Source: Eledone cirrhosa (lineage: Eukaryota). From it: a stretch of DNA of 64,000 nucleotides. The stretch lies in assembly GCA_964016885.1 (NCBI GenBank), contig OZ024743.1:132494001-132558000 (forward strand), read 5' to 3'. Position 1 is the first letter of the stretch; every line of letters begins with the position of its first letter. Position numbers and translations under genes: made by a program. The notes under the pieces were generated by a model, which saw nothing but the letters and a program-made list of their open reading frames with translations, ran no database searches and had not been told where the DNA came from. Below are positions 62,761 to 64,000 of this stretch, piece after piece.

Positions 62761-64000
62761 GCTTGGTGTTTGGTTTTTGGTGCTAGGTGCTTGGTGCTTG
62801 GTGTTTGGTGCTTGGTGTTTGGTGTTTGGTGCTTGGTGCTTGGTGTTTGGTACTTGGTGCTTGGTGCTTGGTGTTTGGTGCTTGGTGCTTGGTGTTTGGT
62901 GTTTGGTGTTTGGTGCTTGGTGCTTGGTGTTTGGTGCTTGGTGCTTGGTGCTTGGTGTTTCGTGCTAGGTGCATGGTGCTTGGTGTTTGGTGCTTGGTGC
63001 TTGGTGCTTGGTCTTTGGTGTTTGGTGTTTAGTGCTTGGTGCTTGGTGCTTGGTGCTTGGTGCTTGGTGCTTGGTCCTTGGTGTTTGGTGCTTGGTGCTT
63101 GGTGTTTGGTGTTTGGTGCTTGGTGCTTGGTGCTTCGTGTTTGGTGTTTGGTGCTTGGTGTCTGGAGCTTGGTGTTTGGTGTTTGGTGCTTGGTGTTTGG
63201 TGTTTGGTGCTTGGTGCTTGGTGTTTGGTGCTTGGTGCTTGGTGTTTGTACTTGGTGCTTGGTGCTTGGTGTTTGGTGCTTGGTTCTTGGTGTTTGGTGC
63301 TTGGTGTTTGGAGCTTGGTGCTTGGTGTTTGGTGCTTGGTGCTTGGTGTTTGTACTTGGTGCTTGGTGCTTGGTGTTTGGTGCTTGGTTCTTGGTGTTTG
63401 GTGCTTGGTGTTTGGAGCTTGGTGCTTGGTGTTTGGTGCTTGGTGCTTGGTGTTTGGTGTTTGGTGCTTGGTGCTTGGTGTTTGGTGTTTGGTGCTTGGT
63501 GTTTGGTGTTTGGTGTTTGGTGCTTGGTGCTTGGTGTTTGTTGCTTGGTACTTGGTGCATGGTGTTTGGTGCTGGGTGCTTGGTGTTTTGTGCTTGGTTC
63601 TTGGTGTTTGGTGTTTGGTGCTTGGTACTTGGTGTCTGGAGCTTGGTGTTTGGTGTTTGGTGCTTGGTGTTTGGTGCTTGGTGCTTGGTGTTTGGTGTTT
63701 CGTGTTTGATGCTTGGTGTTTTATGCTTGGTGCTTGGTGTTTGGTGCTTGGTGTTTGTATTTGGTGCTTGGTGCTTGGTGTTTTGTGCTTGGTTCTTGGT
63801 GTTTGGTGTTTGGTGCTTGGTACTTGGTGCTTGGTGTTAGGTGTTTGGTGCTTGGTGCTTGGTGTTTGGTGTTTGGTCCTTGGTGCTTGGTGCTTGGTCT
63901 TTAGTTCTTGGTGCTTGGTGTTTGTTGTTTGGTGCTTTCTGTTTGCTGCTTGGTGTTTGCTGCTTGGTGCTTGGTGCTTGGTGTTTGGTGTTTGGTGCTA

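Larger units (their letters stand above)
1..64000 (+). repeat. Giant heptanucleotide tandem repeat (satellite-like array), consensus (TTGGTGY)n, ~9,100-9,200 units, open at both ends
   Basis: Every line is TTGGTGC/TTGGTGT or a 1-2 nt variant. The 7-bp phase is kept over hundreds of bases (unit starts at 1+7k up to 295). The + strand is G+T rich and almost free of A. I saw no inverted (RCACCAA) segment. Confidence 0.99.

Noticed and set aside
426-63560. Minus-strand ORFs (TPSTKHQ/APNTKHQ) resembling mucin-like or Pol II CTD-like heptads
   Set aside because: The DNA period is 7 rather than 21, indels between copies are usually not multiples of 3, and the ATG starts arise from sporadic CAT variants. 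There is no evidence of coding constraint.
1-64000. Hundreds of + strand ORFs (LVLGAWC/LVFGVWC repeats, up to 798 aa) resembling membrane proteins
   Set aside because: They overlap in all three frames with the same heptad, mostly start at TTG/GTG inside the repeat, and have no RBS or unique domain. They follow directly from a stop-free 7-mer.
1-64000. CRISPR array
   Set aside because: There is no alternation of constant repeats with unique spacers, and no leader or cas genes.
1-64000. Canonical telomere repeat (TTAGGG, TTTAGGG, TTAGG, TG1-3)
   Set aside because: The consensus differs. TTAGG occurs only as sporadic point variants (e.g. GTGTTAGGTG).
1-64000. Cyanobacterial STRR2-type (TTKGTCA) or other short bacterial heptamer repeats
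   Set aside because: The sequence similarity is only partial, and such elements are short intergenic tracts rather than tens of kilobases. No genes are present for context.
1-64000. Pure sequencing or basecalling artefact, or simple rolling-circle concatemer
   Set aside because: Rare variants recur in exact multi-kilobase contexts with hierarchical divergence and many different periods, which random error or one circular template would not produce. Mis-assembly of individual duplications is still possible.
1-64000. Promoters, terminators, tRNA/rRNA, transposon ends or inverted repeats
   Set aside because: The near absence of A on the + strand and the single orientation leave no hairpins, terminal inverted repeats or recognisable motifs.

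Overview
The whole 64-kb window is one uninterrupted, single-orientation tandem array of the heptamer TTGGTGY (TTGGTGC/TTGGTGT; reverse complement RCACCAA), roughly 9,100-9,200 units, running off both ends. I see no unique sequence, credible gene, RNA gene, mobile element or CRISPR array. The ORF track is an artefact: the heptamer has no stop codon in any frame and translates as LV(L/F)G(A/V)WC on + and (T/A)P(S/N)TKHQ on -. The information lies in the variant pattern. Rare substituted or length-variant units (TTGCTGT, TTGATGC, TTAGTGY, 6-bp TTGTAC, 5-bp TTGAT, 8-bp TTGTTTGC/TTGGTTGT) recur in fixed contexts. They reveal nested duplications with offsets of about 104, 112, 259, 287, 391, 517, 819, 1021, ~1900, 2078/2595, ~2900, ~3750, 5187 and ~10-12.8 kb, plus a left/right subfamily transition near 36-40 kb. 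This fits a satellite-type array evolving by unequal exchange or slippage. Host and function cannot be determined from this window. Offsets were read from identical ORF translations and marker variants; boundaries are approximate.
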